A DNA stretch of 64,000 nucleotides from Pseudogymnoascus verrucosus (Eukaryota), in assembly GCA_001662655.1 (NCBI GenBank), contig KV460206.1, one strand, 5' to 3'. Below the pieces are notes generated by a model. The model made no database searches. It saw nothing but the letters and a program-made list of their open reading frames with translations, and was not told the origin of the DNA. A program made the position numbers and the translations under genes. This document shows positions 61,303-64,000 of this stretch, one piece after another (the stretch's first letter is position 1; the number at the start of each line of letters is the position of its first letter).

Positions 61303-63440
61303 GCTGTCCACGTCTTCTCCGCTGGGTTCCTGATGGCTGTTCTGTACGACGAAAGGCCATGGCAAGGTCAAATCACTCAGATCGAGAACTTTACGTGTTC
61401 GACACCTTGATTCTTCAAAATTCATTTTCAAATTCACTTGCGAGATCAACATGGCTTTTCCACACACTTCAGCACCGGCATTTCGTCAAAGTTCAACAAC
61501 ATCCAGCCACTCAGTTTATCATCCAGCTTCTACTTCTCCAATGCACATACACCTCTCTTCTTTCCGCCATCAATCCAAAAAGGAAAACGCACAAGACTTC
61601 GCCTTCACCACGGCGGCACAAACAACGAATCTCACGACTCTCTTTTTTTCTCAACTTCTTCATCATTCGCATCGGCATCGGCATTCACGGCGGCATTCAT
61701 CCCAGAGAAAAGGTCTCGGGCGTTCATTTTCAAACTCACTCGGCGGGCATTTACGGGCGGGTTTTCAGCATTTCACGGACGGCGCTTGGCAAGGGGAGGG
61801 GGCTTCAGGATGGGAATGGGACGGGGGGTTACTTCACGGTGTTCTTGTGGCTTTTTGTTTTTTTTTACTACTCATTGGGAGGGATAGGTAGAGGGGGAAG
61901 GGCTGTAGATGATGAGCTGGATGGTTGTTGACGACTTGCTGGTTTTGCTTTTTTCTTTGCACGTCGAGTTTCTGTTATCTGGCCCTGGGTCGAGGGGTTG
62001 GGTTCTCTTTGTCAACAACAGAACGGCGTGCTAGCTGAAGTGAATATACAGCTCTGAAATTACTTTGTCTGCCTAATTCGTGAGTGTGAGCGTAGGGATA
62101 AAATTCTAATTCATGGGCGGCTGCGGCGGCGGGGGCGGTGTCGGCGGCAAACGCGTCACATACGTATATAGCCCAGGCGCAATAGTGAATTTGTCTAATA
62201 TTTACATGTTTACATTAATTTATTTACGTGTTGTTTGTGGGTGAACAACTGACGCCCTAATCTAGGGCGCATGATATGCTTAGTCGTCGAACGTACGTAC
62301 GGGGGTGTTGTTTGTATGATAATCGTCCTAGCAATAGTCCTAGGCGTGTGATGCGCTTAGTCGTCGTTAAGGGGTTGCTTATATAATAATTGCTACGGCG
62401 ATTGCTTGTTGTGGTGCTAGGAACACAGTTTATGGGGTAACAACTAGACTGTCTGTTAGTCTCACTCTAGGTCTATACGACTGTTTAGAGAATATATTTA
62501 TGGGATTAGGTTTAATAGAGTATTATCACGTACAGTTGAACTATTCATAGGGGTAGGTTCTAGAGGGTGAAAACAATTGTGGGGTTTGGGGGGTTGTTCA
62601 CTTCGTAACTAGGGAACCAGAATTATTTAAAGGCAGCATTCTTATATTATTCTGTAAAATATTTAGACTTGAGGAATGTTCTGTGGAACAGTTCGCATTG
62701 TTGTAGTTTTCTTTTTGTAGGAATCCTTTATTTGAATAATAAGAATATATATAGAACTTCCTAGAAATATTTACTAACAAAGCCACCATTCAATCAACTC
62801 TCCCTGAAATTACTTTAAACTCTACTCTGCATTGATAGTGAATCTAAACAGTACAAAGTCTCATATTCGCGGTCCCCTATTTCAAAACGTTGGTGGATAT
62901 TTGATTGGCCCACGTTCATTTGCGAGAGTTGACTCTGAAGCAACGCCAAGAATCGAACGCCGGTGCCAAATTAGGCTTAGTGCATATTGTCAGCCTCAAC
63001 TCTTCGCCTGTCGCCTTTTTCCATCGAGACCACCTCCTGGGCGACCAAGATCACCATCAACACCGACCCAAACAACATCACCATCGTGGAATCGCGCGCT
63101 CGTCACCGTGCATTCCTAGTCGCTGAACCTCCTTCGAAGGAAGAAGGCTCCCATACTCATCTCCCACGAAAACCCCGGCGCGCCAACAACCCCGAGATCA
63201 CGGCTACCTAAAAGGCGAGGCGGACTCAAGAGGCCCTCGGCCTGGGTTGCCGCTCGCGACCATCGCGACTGCGCCGTCTGCGCATCGAGCCCGTTCAGAT
63301 TCACTCTCGAGAGTCGATAGACAGTTTGCACTCACTCATACAGAGCGGAGATCGCGACTCGCCTCAGTTTCACGCTCGACCTCACCCACAGATCAGATTG
63401 CCACTGCGATTTTCGTCAATAACGCGATAACTACTTCATC

Positions 63441-64000
63441 ATGGCGAACTTACACTTTGCGCACTCGGATGCGCCGTTGCGCACGATCCAGGAGATACAG
63501 TTCGGCCTGTTGTCCCCGGAGGAGATAAAGAACATGAGCGTGGCTCACATCCTGTACCCCGAGACGATGGACGAAGGCAAGATGAAGCCACGCGACCAAG
63601 GACTCAACGACCCGCGCCTCGGCTCTATCGACAGAGGCTTCAAATGTGCGACCTGTGACGCAGGCATGGCGGAGTGCCCTGGCCATTTCGGACACATCGA
63701 GCTGGCCAAGCCAGTCTACCACCCCGGTTTCCTGAAGAAGATCAAGAAACTCCTCGAGATTGCCTGCCACAACTGCGGCAAGATTTTACTTGACAGAGTT
63801 AGTTATCCCGCACGGGATGGCATCTTCTTGTAATTGCGTGCTGACATTAGTGATTTTTCCCAGAGTAATCCACAGTTCAAAGCCGCTGCCTCGATGCGCG
63901 ATCCCAAGCGCAGATTCGAAGCCATCTGGCGTCTGTGCAAGCCAAAGATGATTTGCGATGCCGATATTTCGGTCGATGACGACGAGTTTGCTCAGGATCC
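63441..64000 (+). CDS. RPB1: RNA polymerase II largest subunit (5' part; runs off the window end)
   Basis: [34 protein letters not shown]-x2-C...[20 protein letters not shown]. Intron 63798-63863. Confidence 0.97.

Noticed and set aside
61242..61931. 229-aa ORF overlapping the end of the 60091 gene
   Set aside because: Reads as 3' UTR sequence with T-runs and no codon bias.

Overview
Eukaryotic, intron-containing DNA from a filamentous ascomycete (Pezizomycotina-type GT..AG introns with RCTRAC branch sites; species not determinable from sequence alone). About 21 protein-coding genes are supportable. Core genes: SGT2 (partial), OLA1, a PPPDE/DeSI peptidase, mitochondrial uS11m, TIM44, DUS4, a vacuolar Ca2+/H+ exchanger, a Kin4-like kinase, GWT1, DLD1, a Clr5-domain protein, SWD1, a Cps1-type GT2 synthase and the 5' end of RPB1. 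There is one intron-containing tRNA-Arg(CCG). An accessory-looking block (about 25-42.5 kb) holds a membrane protein, a GH28 polygalacturonase, a Zn2Cys6 regulator, an RTA1 protein, an uncharacterised protein, a sterol-glucosyltransferase-like enzyme and a small His/Cys protein. Four items the ORF track does not show stand out: (1) a shared CTCGTAYTCG motif upstream of all four genes of the TF/RTA1/unknown/glucosyltransferase group, suggesting an autoregulated sterol or membrane-defence regulon; (2) a 217-bp hAT-type MITE with TIRs and a perfect 8-bp target-site duplication; (3) a box C/D snoRNA (snR69-like) inside an OLA1 intron; (4) a stop-free, AUG-less, presequence-like N-terminal extension of OLA1. 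Gene models and homology calls were read by eye and from memory of the families; no searches were run.
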